Below are positions 1-11,628 of a DNA stretch of 64,000 bases, one piece after another. Within the stretch, counting starts at the first letter, position 1; the number at the start of each line of letters is the position of its first letter. Source of the stretch: an uncultured Candidatus Peribacteria bacterium. Its GTDB lineage: Bacteria > Patescibacteriota > Gracilibacteria > Absconditabacterales > Absconditicoccaceae. The notes below the pieces were generated by a model. The model was given only the letters and a program-made list of their open reading frames with translations, did no database searches and was not told the origin of the DNA. A program made the position numbers and the translations under genes. The stretch spans positions 9,786 to 73,785 of the forward strand of contig CAZJFP010000001.1 in the NCBI GenBank assembly GCA_964545415.1. Reading direction: 5' to 3'.

Positions 1-2
1 AG

Positions 3-857
3 AAGCTTAAAAGCCCCTTCGCAAAACTATTTCTCGAAAAGTTAGAAGAATTGGAACTCAGAAGAAATCTTATCCTCGCATACAGCAAACAAGATTTTGA
101 GAATATAGCGACATACAATAAAAAGCTTTTCGGTGAATTTGATGATGAACTTTTGAAAGTAGCAAAAGAAAAAGTATTCACACTCAAGGAAGATAATCAA
201 AAGCTTTTGTGAGAACCATTGACCTTGTCAGAGATAGAAACAACTATAGAGAAATATCTCGCAGAAAAAAAAATTTATGGAATCGATATTGTTTTCAGTT
301 ATACTAATCTCTCAAGAATATCCGTCATCATTGGGAAAAACATCAAAATCAGTATCTCCAAGCATGGAATTTTCAGAGAAAAAGAATTGCTTTCCATATT
401 AGCCCATGAAATCGATACCCATCTCATCAGACATCTTAATGGACTCAAATCTGGATGGAATATTCTGAAATCAGGGACTGGATTTTATCTCAAGGATGAA
501 GAAGGATTGGCCATCTATAATGCAACAAGAATACTTCCTGAAGACTACAAAAAAGATAGTATCTATAAAAAATATTTTTTAGTCAAAGAAGCAGAGAATA
601 TCGACTTCAAAAAATTGGTGCATATGATTGACTTCATTTATCCGAATTATTCGAGGGAATTCCATTTCAAGACCGCACTAAGAATAAAGAAATGAATCAT
701 ACACACCAGCATCATCCATCCAGGATCGGTCTTTTTCAAAGATAAAGTTTATCTGGAATGATATGAAAAAATACAACAGCGAATAGAAAGTTGAAACGAT
801 GACAAGAAAATCTATAAGGGGAAAATCAAAATTGAAGATCTGAAATTTATCATATAA
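3..857 (+). CDS. DUF1704/MATCAP-like metallopeptidase (QEGLA-motif family), 5' partial
   Basis: Frame 3 is open from the window edge. Track ORF 219..695 continues through in-frame TGA at 210, 693, 759 and 792 to TAA at 855-857. It has the motifs LAHEIDTHLIRH (HExxxH) and KDEEGLAIYNA (QEGLA-like), followed by KDKVYLEGY. Confidence 0.75.
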
Positions 858-866
858 GCGTGTTTC

Positions 867-1835
867 ATGATAAAAGTCGCCATAGAAATATGATATCATA
901 CCCATTATACCAAAATCGATACGTATGGCACAAGATCCTTCATGCAATATTTTTTTCAATCCTATGGACTTGAACTTGTAAGAGTGAGTATCAATAAATT
1001 CAACAAACGCCAATGATATTTTACAGAATACCATATATTCGATTCCACAGGAAAAAATATCATGGTAAAAAAGCCATACAAACCTGATATTATCTGGATA
1101 AGAAAATGAGGGGAAATATGCCACAAATTTGAGACATTTCATAACTTTTTATTAATTCCTTCTCAAAAAATAGTAACTTTATGAAATGACAAATTCGATC
1201 AATATCAATTCCTTCATACATATCAGCCCTATACTTCACTATTGTCAGCATTTTTTAACAATAAAAGCATTCAGAAGCTTTTTAGTGGAAAAGTAGTTTT
1301 GAAGCCTATAAGGTCAAGTTGATGAAAATGAATACAGCTCACTACCGTCAATACATTACTCAAAGAGAAAGAAAAATATGCTTGATTGGAAAAACTTTAT
1401 ATTGTCCAGCAATTCAAAGATTTCAGCAAATGATATCCATGAATCGTAAAAGGAATACATGATGTAAGATTTATGTTTGCAGGGAAAAACATCATAGAAA
1501 CAACTTGCAGAATACCAAAACCATGAGGATTCAAAAGCAATGTCAGCGATTGAGGAACGGTTATTGCTTTGAAAAAAAGTCAAATACCTAAACAACTTCT
1601 TTCATTATCAAAAAAGATATATAAGGATTTGCATATTCAGGATGATAATATTTTTTCAATGGATTTCTCCTACTGCTCCAGTGAAAAAAAACGATATCTC
1701 ATAGAGATCAATTCTTCTCCATGAACATGGACATCTCGATATAGGGATATAAAGATACTAAAAAGCATATATAAAGGATTGGTTTCTTTTTTTCATACAG
1801 AACGGCTAAAAAGACAAAACTATTATAAAATTTAA
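867..1835 (+). CDS. ATP-grasp ligase, RimK/glutathione-synthetase-like
   Basis: This 322-codon frame-3 ORF is only visible with TGA=Gly (about 14 in-frame TGA); I checked it triplet by triplet. Motifs are VVLKPIRSSGGKGIQL, GIHDVRFMFAGKNII, RIPKPGGFKSNVSDGGTV and YLIEINSSPGTW. The standard-code track shows only antisense ORFs here. Confidence 0.8.
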
Positions 1836-1862
1836 AAAAATTTTAATTTTTCATCATATTAG

Positions 1863-3143
1863 ATGTATCTCATAGGATTTTATTCAAAAAAAAGTCTATT
1901 TAAACTTAATAAGTTCGATTATTATAAAACAAGTTTCAACGATCTCAAAGCACATGATATTTCTGTTATTTATTTTTATCAGGAAGATCCTACTATCAAT
2001 CTTTCACAAGATATTATTGATGGGATCAACAATATGGGAGTAAAAATTATTAGCTTTACTGATGATAAAACTATCATAGCATATTTACAGACGTTATCAT
2101 GACGTATCTTCATAAATACTTTTGAAGAACAAGAAATATATTTTACCAATAAAATCAGAGCTGAATTATGACAAAAAATAACAGATAATCCAGATATATT
2201 CCTCAATAAATATTTACAGAGAAAAACTATAGGAGATCAGTATCCAGAGACTATCGTACGATATAAAAGTTTCAGTATACAAGAAGCAGAACATGTTACT
2301 ATAAAAGATTTTCCCTCATTTCCCTGTATCATAAAGCCCACTTGATGAATACAAAGCAGTTGAGTATGCAAAATAAACAATTTCGAAGAATACCAAACAT
2401 CACTAAAGACAACGTTCAATGCATTTACTATGCTGGGAAATAAAAAATTAACCAATCAATCCGTTTTGATAGAAGAATTTATTGATGGAAAAATGTATAC
2501 TATTGACTATTACGTCGATGAAGATCAGCATATTACCATGTCAAAACCTGTTTTTGTTAAATTATGAGTCGATTATGGTATCAATGATTTTTCTAATATA
2601 TCCAGATTTATTTGATATGATATAGAAACAGAAGTTGATGACAAAAAACTTCATGATTTTATAAAAAAGACAGTCATTTGATGAGGCATCAGGAATACGT
2701 TTGTACATCATGAGTTTAAGATAACTACGAAATGACAAATGAAAACGATAGAAATCAACGGAAGGATCTGATGATTCAGATTGGACATGTATCAGTTATG
2801 ATATGATATAAATCTTCTCAGGTTTCCCTTTATTCCTGACACTGAGAAAGTATATTCTTTGAAGCAAAATATAGCAATGTTTGCATTGTATCCACAGCAA
2901 ACAGCTACTTTCCATGGATACCATCAAAACATCATAAAACAAATAACAAGTCTTCCCTCTTTTTACAGAATAAACAAATGAATCAAAGAATTATGAGCAA
3001 CAATCTGATTGACTCATAACTGATATGGCAAAGTGTGATCGATAGAATTAGCAAACAGCGACATACAGCAATTCAAAAAAGATGTTGATTTTCTAGAAAA
3101 TAACTATTTTAACATCATCAACACGGATTCATGATCGGATTAA
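1863..3143 (+). CDS. ATP-grasp domain protein (second ligase)
   Basis: Frame 3 runs from ATG 1863 to TAA 3141-3143 and I found no TAA/TAG in between. Motifs are FPCIIKPTGGIQSSGV, IEEFIDGKMYTIDYYV and TIEINGRIGGFRLD, with the glycines encoded by TGA. Confidence 0.8.
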
Positions 3144-4231
3144 ATTATGTCTATTATTCGTTAAATGATGATATTATCTTAAAAAATTATCTTTTTTTCT
3201 TTGGATTGTTTTTTAAGGAGATAGTGTCAGAAGATGAAATGGACAAAAAGAAAGCAAAAAAGATCATTGCTTTGTTAAAAGGTATTTCTCCTCTGAAAGC
3301 AAAACAAGCAATCATTTCGTCAGATGAAAATATATTTGATTCTCCCTTAATAAAGGAGCTGTTACTTTTGGCGTTTGATTATGAAATATGAGCTAAACTC
3401 TGTAAAAAAAAGATTCCGTCTCTCCTAAAAACCAATCAACGCATATTATCGATTTTCAATACGCTCTATGGAATCGATTATCATCGTAGCATTACTACAG
3501 CAAATTTTGCCAAATATACCAAGAACCAATGAATATATACCTTTTACCATGAACAATACTATGATTCTGCTGAAGCATCTATCAAGAAATTCTTTTCCTT
3601 TGTTTTCGATATTCTTGAAAAAAGCGGTCATAAAAAGGAAAAAAGACAGCTTGAACAAGAAGTAACTATTCACACAATTCGTACCGTCTATCACAAAGCA
3701 AACAGCTCTTTTGTGGAAGCCAAAGGGAATACTATAACTATCCATTTACATTCAAAGAAAAAGACTGTTCTCTATCATGAATGCACTCATCTTATACATA
3801 TGCTTGTCAGGAAAAGATTTTCCATAAAGAAAAAATGATTTAAAATCCAGTCCTTCAATGAAGGAGCAGCTAACTTTTTTGCCTATAATCTCTTTGATAA
3901 TATAGAACAATGAACTTTCACTACTATATCTCTAAAATATCTCAATTTTCCGAAATACAGCTATCTCTACCATGAAATCTTTACCAAAGGAACAAATTCT
4001 TCACATAGCAATTATCTTTTGGTAAAAAGGACATGTAAAACTCTATGATATACCAATAAAAAAGAAATAGAGGCAATTTATTATAGATGTTTCAAATTTT
4101 TCCCCTTTTCTCAGCATATGTATCTTTATCCCAAAGAACTTCTTTATCAGATATGATATGAACGTATCATACATTCATTTAAAGGGAAGGATCCTCTTTA
4201 TCGTATTGCTGAGATCATTCTTTATACTTAA
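3131..4231 (+). CDS. Zincin-like hypothetical peptidase, distantly DUF1704-like
   Basis: Frame 2 is open from 3131 to TAA 4229-4231 through 7 TGA codons. Motifs are LYHECTHLIHML (HExxH) and SFNEGAANFFA, which echoes the QEGLA motif. The start is uncertain; ATG 3238 is an alternative. Confidence 0.6.
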
Positions 4232-4264
4232 TATTTTCGTTTTTTATTCATTTCCCCTACATGT

Positions 4265-4822
4265 ATGAATACAACATTATCCACCAATCGCTTGATAATC
4301 AGACAAATGAAAGAAGATGATATCTCTTCTATGACCCAACTTTTGAAAGAAAAAAAAATAAGATCATTTATCAATTTACCAAATAATTTACAAAAACTAA
4401 AAAGATATATTGTATCCTATCAAAAAAAGAGACGCAAAGGTAAAACTATAAGATGGATAATTATCTTACCTCAAAGCAAAAAAATCATTTGATCTGTCGT
4501 ATTAAAAAAGATCAGCAAAAAACATAAAAAAGCTGATATATGATATTGGTTGGGAAAATATTATGAATGAAACGGATTTATGACTGAAGCACTCCAAGCA
4601 ATACTCTATTATGCATTCAATACCATGAAATTCGAAAGAATTCAGGCGTGGATCAGAACAGATAACACAGCATCAATCAAATTAGCAGAAAAAATATGAT
4701 TTATCCGTGAATGAACAGCTAGACATCTACATTTTTCAAAAAAAGATCAAATTTATCATGATTTTTTTCTCTATGGAATATTATCAGAAGATTTTTGACA
4801 AAATACCAAAAAAAGCATATAA
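4265..4822 (+). CDS. GNAT family N-acetyltransferase (RimJ/RimL-like)
   Basis: Frame 2 runs from ATG 4265 to TAA 4820-4822. The pattern LSTNRLIIRQMKEDD ... YWLGKYYEGNGFMTEALQAILYYAF ... RIQAWIRTDNTASIKLAEKIGF is typical of RimJ/L-type GNATs. Confidence 0.75.
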
Positions 4823-4852
4823 TAATATGCTTTACTCTTTATATCCGCCATC

Positions 4853-6721
4853 ATGGGAAATCATTTAGAATATGCTGAGCGTGTCCAAGAAACAGAGAAA
4901 AGCCTCACTGGGATGAACTGACTCAAATTAACCTATATTACCAAAAAATCCGCCTCATTGGATGGCTATATGAATTATATCTCCAGCAAATTTTTCCCAG
5001 AGAAAGAACAGATATCTCTCTATGATATAGAAGAAAGAAGTGCAATCATCGAAACAACGATTCAATCATATAAGAGCATCCAGCAAGAAATAAAATCAGA
5101 TCATGTATTAGATTCAGATTTAAAATTATTTCTCATCAAGAAGATACAAGAAAGTACAAATAAAGCAGAAATAGCAAAGATATCACTTTTGTTTGAAGCG
5201 GAAAAATATGGATATGATATAAATTTTGCAGGAACCTCCTTTTCTATCAAAAAAAATCAAACAGCAATAGAACAGATAGGATTATGATCTGATTATGAAA
5301 AGGAAAAAAACAAATATCTGGAACATATCGAAGATTTGCAAACCGCTACTTACGGGCCAAAAATCAGTGATAATCCTGATGAAAAAAATATCATTCTTTC
5401 CTTATGCAATGATAAATATCAAAAAAATAAAAAAAGACTGACACAACAAGAGGATATCTTGTTTTCTTCTTTTCTTGATACCTTCAAAGACAGCATCACT
5501 AACACGATACCTCAAGATAGAAAGAAACTTTCTTCAAGAGGAAAACTTTCTATGTCAACTATCATGGAAGGAACAGAGCATGTTAAAACACATTTTTATC
5601 CAGAAATAACTCAGCGGCCTCAACAACAAGAAAAATGAAAAACATGATATGCCGCGCCATTTAGTAGCAAAGTCCGTGAATATCCAGACAAGGAAGAAGA
5701 TATTTTCAATAAAATTCTGACTACTATAGGACATGAGGATGCATGACACATGATCAGATGAAATAATCAAGAAGGAAACTGATTGATCATAGCATGACCG
5801 TGATATGAAGATATTGAAGAAGGAATTACTAAGCTCAACGAATGATTATTGAGATATTCGCTAGATGACTACCCTCTTATCCCAAATGATACATTTATAG
5901 CTGTATTTATAGGTGAAAATTATAATTTTGAAGCTACCTATCATCTTCTCAAAGCATGGAAAAAATTGAATATTTCAGAAGAGATAACAAAAGAGAAAGA
6001 AACTTCCTTATCCAAGATTGCTTTCAACCTAGCACAAAGAGTGAAATGTTATTATCCTCGGGATGAAAAAGGTTCGAACAGAAAAGATGTCATCTATTTT
6101 AGAGGAGAAAAAAAACTAGTCGAATATCTAAAGTCATTGCCAAATGATGAAGAAAGAGCTGCTTTTTATAGAAAAGCCATGTCGGCTAAAGTTTCCTTTG
6201 AAGATATATTTACTCTAGATACACTTTTCCAAAAACTATGAGTTCATCCAGAAGACATCAATCAGAATAAGCTTGTTGATAAAGTGTTTCATATAAAGCT
6301 TAAGGAATGAGCAGGGGCATTCAGTAAAAAAGCGAATGATGAATGAGTAGCAAATATTGAAAAAAATCTGTGGAAATGAGATTTTAGATTTAATGGAATG
6401 AAAGAATATGTCCAAGAAGAAAAGAAAGCATTGGTAGAACTTTTTGACATGGTGCATTACAAAAAGTATAGAGGGAAATATGTCCAAGAAGCAAAATGGA
6501 CCCAGCTCAAAGCAAGAGACGTATTAAAGAAATGAAATATCATGTCTCTCCCTACTGCCAATGGTATCCAAAAAGCAAAAGTGATCTCTTCAGATCTTAA
6601 TGAACTCAAAGTAATACTACAACACGACGGAAAATTTACTGGATGAGACATCATGACTATCTCAAAAAAAGATATAAAAAATCTATGAGAAGTAAGGATT
6701 CTCAACAAACAGAAAAAATAA
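4853..6721 (+). CDS. Large DUF1704/MATCAP-like metallopeptidase paralog
   Basis: Track ORFs 4958, 5336 and 5849 are all in frame 2. They join through TGA into a 622-codon ORF ending at TAA 6719-6721. TIGHEDAGHMIRGNNQEGNGLIIAGPGYEDIEEGITKLNE aligns with the HExxxH..EEGLA block of gene 3..857, followed by VIYFRGEKKLVEYL. Confidence 0.7.
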
Positions 6722-6785
6722 TTTCACTTGAATCCTATCTTCAAATCAGTTAAATACTGACGATTTATTTGTCTATGTTTTTCTT

Positions 6786-8087
6786 ATGAAAAAACTTATC
6801 GCGCTCACCATACTACTCGCGGGAAGCTTATTCCTTTTCACTAGCACATCAGCACAATTCTCTCCTACAACTTGTGAATGACAGGCCCACTGCTCTGCTC
6901 CTACCAAAGGCATCAATTACAGAAACACCATCATCTATATCTGAACGGAAGGCGATGAATTCGATCTTGGGTTCCAGACAAATTTCGATAAGCAGAAAAC
7001 CCTCCTTCAAGAAATATTCATTTCAGATACCAAAAATTTTTCTGAAGAAGATATACTTACAAAAATAAAAAACAATATCGCTGATATCCAGACAAGCAAG
7101 ACATTGATAATCAATACTTCGAACTTTGATGTACTTCTTCAACTTCTGGCTAAAGTCCACGTTTCTGACAATCTCAATCTCAAAGACAAAACAATCTATC
7201 TGGTGACCAATAGCAATAAGTTTTTCCTCAAAAGGATGCTGGCCAAATATATCAAGCCGATTGAGATCACAAAAATATATACGCTTTCCCAGGACAAACT
7301 CCTCAATTTCCTTTCGACGCTTTCTTTGGATAAGATAACGAATAAAGAAGAATATATCACGCCATTCTCTCTTTCATTTCAAGAGACACCGAAATATCTC
7401 CCTATCTCTTATCTTGTGGATCGCTTGATCTATCATGGATTCCCTGTAGAACTCATCACTATGTTTTTGGTACTGTCTTTGTGAGCATTGCTGATAAGCA
7501 TCTTGAGACAAATAGTGTGATTTTCAATATTTGGTATCTATAGTCCTCTGCTCTTTGCTGTCTCTATGTCGATCCTTGGCGTACCATTCAGTCTGACATT
7601 GCTTGGTATATGATTGATCACCAAACTGCTTATGAGACTTTTTACCAAAAGGATGTATCTCCTTCACAATGCAAAGACATCGCTCTTGGTCATATTATAT
7701 TTTCTTCTCATGCTGCTTGTTTTCTGACTCAATACTATTATCTGACTCAACCGAATAGATATCACTATTTTTGCTAATGGATATATCATTTTCCCGATGA
7801 TCTTCATCATCCTCGTAAGCGACAAAGTCTTCAACGAAGGATTCAAACTCTTTAGTGCTGGACGACGAGTAGCATTTTCAGAATTCATCATAGTATCTTT
7901 CGCTGTATATGGACTCTTCTATCGGACATGATTGAAGCATCTTCTCTTAGCATTCCCTGAATTATTGATTCTGATTTTTTTCCTCAATATCGCTGTTTGA
8001 AGATTTACCGGACTCCAACTTCTCGAATATTTCCGTTTCATGCCATTATTGAAGAACTCCTCAGGGACTGAAGAGGAAGAGGAATAA
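6786..8087 (+). CDS. Secreted N-terminal domain fused to a 7-TM membrane domain, with acidic C-terminus TEEEEE
   Basis: Frame 3 runs from ATG 6786 to TAA 8085-8087 (checked). It has a signal peptide (MKKLIALTILLAGSLFLFTSTSA), a soluble domain of about 200 aa, then seven hydrophobic segments. The architecture resembles the 7TM proteins that co-occur with RimK-like ATP-grasp genes. Confidence 0.7.
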
Positions 8088-8094
8088 GAATTAT

Positions 8095-8165
8095 AAATAG
8101 TCATCGCGAGGAATGTAATGACGTGGCGATCTTATAAGATTGCTTCGTTCCACTCGCAATGACTT
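8095..8165. repeat. Nested GC-rich palindrome between convergent genes (GTCATCGCGAGG ... CACTCGCAATGAC)
   Basis: The outer arms are gtcatcgcgagg and cactcgcaatgac. The inner palindrome is gcgatcttataagattgc. It may act as a bidirectional terminator. Confidence 0.6.
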
Positions 8166-8166
8166 T

Positions 8167-9546
8167 TTACTTAAAATATTTTTTCTTGGTAGATAATCGT
8201 CGATCTGATTGTCTGGTGAGCTCTTGTTGATCTTCAGGATTCAGTAAGAAATGTTTTACTGCTTCTTCAAGATAAATAGTATTCTGGCTTCCTTTGCAGA
8301 CGACAAGATATTCATCTCCTGGCTCTTTCAGAAGTTTCTGGATATGCTTGCCGGCGATGTTCGCGTCATAAAATTTTTCTACCAGTTTCGGATCGTAGCC
8401 GACTTTTTCAAGTTCATCAGCTAAATAATCTGTCATATATTTCCCTACTAAGATCACTTTGTCTGCAACTTGTGAAACGTATCCTGCAATCATCCTATGC
8501 TCGCGTTCCGTCAAATCGCCGAGTTCTCTCATATCTCCGAGTACGAGAATGATCTTCCTTTGTGGAAACAATTGCGTTTTGATGTTGAATGCAGTATTGA
8601 TGATCTTCCTGACGCTCAATGGAGAAGCGTTGTAGGTCGAATCGATGATAACGCTATTTTCGATACCGTGGAAGATAGAAAGTCTTCCTGGCTGCAATTG
8701 ATATTTCATCTCAAGCGTTTCATGTGAGCCATTCCTGAGGATCGGATCTTCAGGTCTTTTTTCCAGCTTGGCATACTTGTAATCCAGAATTCCAGCAATA
8801 GCCAATGCTACTCCTATATAGCCGTAATTCGCCTTACTGAGAATATTGGTAGTGATAGCATATTTTTTTTCTTTGATCCAGGCATGAAATTGGACTCAGA
8901 TTCCCCCTTTGAAATCAGCGAGATAAAAAAGTTCATCCTTGAAATGGATATCCGCGGTGATATCATTACCTTCCGTCTGATAGGTCAGATAATCTATTTT
9001 CAATTGATCTTTGAGCTGGAGCGCATAAGCGTCGTTAGCATTGAGGAACCCTATTTCTAAGGTGTTTTTGAGCATTTTTACCTCCTCTCTTGCGATCTCC
9101 GCCGGATTGCCGAATTGTTCGGAATGCACGGAATCTATCGCAGTAAACACGCCAATATGCGGCTTAGCTATGCTTACGAGAAAGTCCATCTCCCCGGGAC
9201 GATCGATTCCATATTCGAGCAGGAGAATATCATAGGGCTTGGGTCAGAAATATCTTTTTCGGATGAGTCTAAAAAGGGTTGCAACGAAATACAGGATATT
9301 GGGTTCCCGTTTCTCTATCTGAAAAATCGAAAGCGACATCCCGAGTTCTCCATTGAAATTTTTGGGTGACGTATAGATATGTCTGTTCGGCAAAAATCTC
9401 TGCAAGGTTTGATAGATAATCATGCGGCAGGATGTCTTGCCTACACTTCCGTTGATTCAGATTACTTGCGGATTATGTTTTTCAATATATCAATGAGCTA
9501 GCTTTCCTAGCAACTTATAGTACCATCGCAAGAATTTCTTTTTCAT
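8167..9546 (-). CDS. murF: UDP-N-acetylmuramoyl-tripeptide--D-alanyl-D-alanine ligase
   Basis: Minus-strand fragments 8167..8805 and 8896..9189 plus the N-terminus join in one frame of 460 codons. Motifs are IGINGSVGKTS, LLLEYGIDRPGEMDFL and IIDSTYNASPLS. Confidence 0.85.
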
Positions 9547-9756
9547 ATACATACTTATATGCTAAAAGTAATGTGACCTACGGTCGTAATTCATCACTTC
9601 GTGATGTAATGTATCCTATCGGATGTAATGTATTGTAATGAATTTTCAGATGAACTCAAGTATGAGTGTATTGTGTTTAAAAAAATTACGTCCGCATAGG
9701 CGGACGTATTACACGAAGTACATTACGTGAAGCTCATTACGTCCTTCGGGCAATTT
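9547..9756. repeat. Cluster of mini-hairpins separated by GTAATG/CATTAC words, with GC hairpin acgtccgcataggcggacgt
   Basis: It has repeated gtaatg/cattac words and small stems (gacctacggtc, atcacttcgtgat, atcctatcggat). The GC hairpin is the reverse complement of the one at 13609-13628. Confidence 0.7.
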
Positions 9757-11025
9757 TTATTCTTCAAATGTTTTTTCCATCAGGAGCGTTACTATAACGG
9801 CGATAGGGACAGCAAGCAAGATACCTAGGAATCCAAGAATCAGTCCTCAGATGATCATGCTTATGAAAATAACGATAGGATTGACGCCCAAGGTTTTGTT
9901 CATCAACAACGGTATAAGCACATTATTTTCAAGCCATTGCAAAAGCATTGCACAGCCGATCACAATCAAAGCTCCATATCGTCAGAAATGTATGAAAGCG
10001 ACCAACGCTGCAGCAGCTCCTCCAATGAATGGCCCTATATACGGGATCAACTCTGTAATCGCTACGATACCCGCAAGCGCTCATTTTTGGGGAAGATCCA
10101 ATCCAAACAATGCCAATATCCACAAGATAGCATACATGGCTACACCCATAAACAGGCAAAGCATCAGCTGGGATTTTAATCGTACTCCAAGCTGTTTGTA
10201 GATTTTTTCTATCTTCATATAGATAAATTTATATTTTTTCTGACCACCGAGCCTAGCGATAAACTTCATGACCGCGTCTTTCTGGAAAGAAAAGAGTACG
10301 GACAAAGTCAACACTATGGATGTCTGAGTAAAAAATGTAGCGATAGATCAGACTGCGCTTACTGCCATAGTACCTATATTTTTTGCGTAGGTCGTTCCCA
10401 CGCTGACCATCTGAGCAATATTCTGTTCTAATTGATTTTGCACTCCTGCTACTACCGTAGGATCTCCCAAGGAATTCAATAGCCCTGTTTTGAGACTTCA
10501 AGGAAGCCGATGGATATCCTGGATAATACCTGTCAATGATTTGGTTGTGAGCACCTCTTGAAAATTTGAGATATTGCCGATAAAGATCGTAATGATATCT
10601 GATATCTGTCCGAGAATGAACGGAATAATAAAGACCATCGCTCATAGAAATGCGAGCAACAGCAATATGTATGCTATAATGATAGATATTGTCCTATGTC
10701 CTATCTTTTTATGAAAAAAATCGATCACCGCTTCCACAGCGAGAGAGATAATGTACGCCATAAAAATCAAATAGATGATATTCAATGACTGATAGACTAA
10801 TAAACCAAGAAAAACCACCAACAATCCGAATGCTCGGAACTTGATAAACATCCTGTTGGTAAAGACAAATGGCGTAATAAGCGCTTTTTTTTCATGCTCT
10901 TTTTGTTCCTCGAGTTTTTTCTCCAATTTTTCCAATTCCAACAGTTCTCTCTTGTTGTCAGATTTGAGCGATTGAAAAAATGATGAGCTCTTCTTCATAA
11001 AACGCTTGAATATGTTCATATACAT
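9757..11025 (-). CDS. AI-2E family transporter (PerM/YhhT-like permease)
   Basis: This 423-codon minus-strand ORF is joined across TGA. It has multiple TM segments and the family motif ITELIPYIGPFIGG. It ends at TAA (plus-strand tta at 9757-9759). Confidence 0.8.
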
Positions 11026-11075
11026 TCCATAACTAAGTAAAACAATTACGAATTACCAATCCTGAATTATAAACT

Positions 11076-11483
11076 CTACACTCTTTTCTGACAGAATCTA
11101 TTATTGACCCATTTCCAGGATTTCTCGAATTCCTCTTGGATATATGTAATTGTATCTTTTTTTGAAAAATTTGCAATTTTTTTCTCTATCTCCGGGATAC
11201 GATCCTTGGAAATAACGATAAATATTTTGTAGAACGTATCATAGATAGGATATTTTACGAGATTGTGCTGCTGTATACGTTGAATGATTGCCCTCTTGAT
11301 CATATGTCTAAATACCGATCTTTTGGATAATTTGATCGTAATATGACAAGAAAACTGATTGTAGTTTACGCCAGGATACTGTTTTATATAGAAAAATCCA
11401 AACAACCCCTGACTGAGATATTGTCTTTTTCTCGTGATGAAGATCACGTCTTTGCCTGTTAATCTCTGTTTTTGTGGTAACAA
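11076..11483 (-). CDS. rnpA: Ribonuclease P protein component
   Basis: The N-terminus LPQKQRLTGKDVIF plus the basic composition and size (135 aa) are typical of RnpA. It uses a TTG start. Confidence 0.75.
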   Translation of the reverse strand: MLPQKQRLTGKDVIFITRKRQYLSQGLFGFFYIKQYPGVNYNQFSCHITIKLSKRSVFRHMIKRAIIQRIQQHNLVKYPIYDTFYKIFIVISKDRIPEIEKKIANFSKKDTITYIQEEFEKSWKWVNNRFCQKRV

Positions 11484-11509
11484 AACGATTCTATTACTAT
11501 ATAAATTTA

Positions 11510-11593
11510 GATGGGATAGATGGATTGGATGGGATAGATGGGATAGATGGGATAGATGGATTGGATGGGATAGATGGATTGGATGGGATAGAC
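11510..11593. repeat. Tandem 9-nt repeat array (GATGGRWTW units, about 9 copies)
   Basis: The array reads gatgggata gatggattg gatgggata gatgggata gatgggata gatggattg ... It lies between rnpA and the DUF192 gene. Related words occur at 18481-18556 and 21447-21545. Confidence 0.85.
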
Positions 11594-11628
11594 AGATCTA
11601 ACCAGTTTCAAAATCAGTCTAATCCGTC

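Noticed and set aside
678-1595. Minus-strand track ORFs 678..1142 and 1356..1595, and a Cys-rich plus-strand ORF starting near 1322.
   Set aside because: The plus-strand frame-3 reading with TGA=Gly gives a complete ATP-grasp ligase (867..1835) with canonical motifs. The other ORFs are antisense or off-frame shadows of it.
11510-11593. Possible CRISPR array at the tandem repeats.
   Set aside because: The unit is only 9 nt and strictly tandem, with no spacers. No cas genes are in the window.
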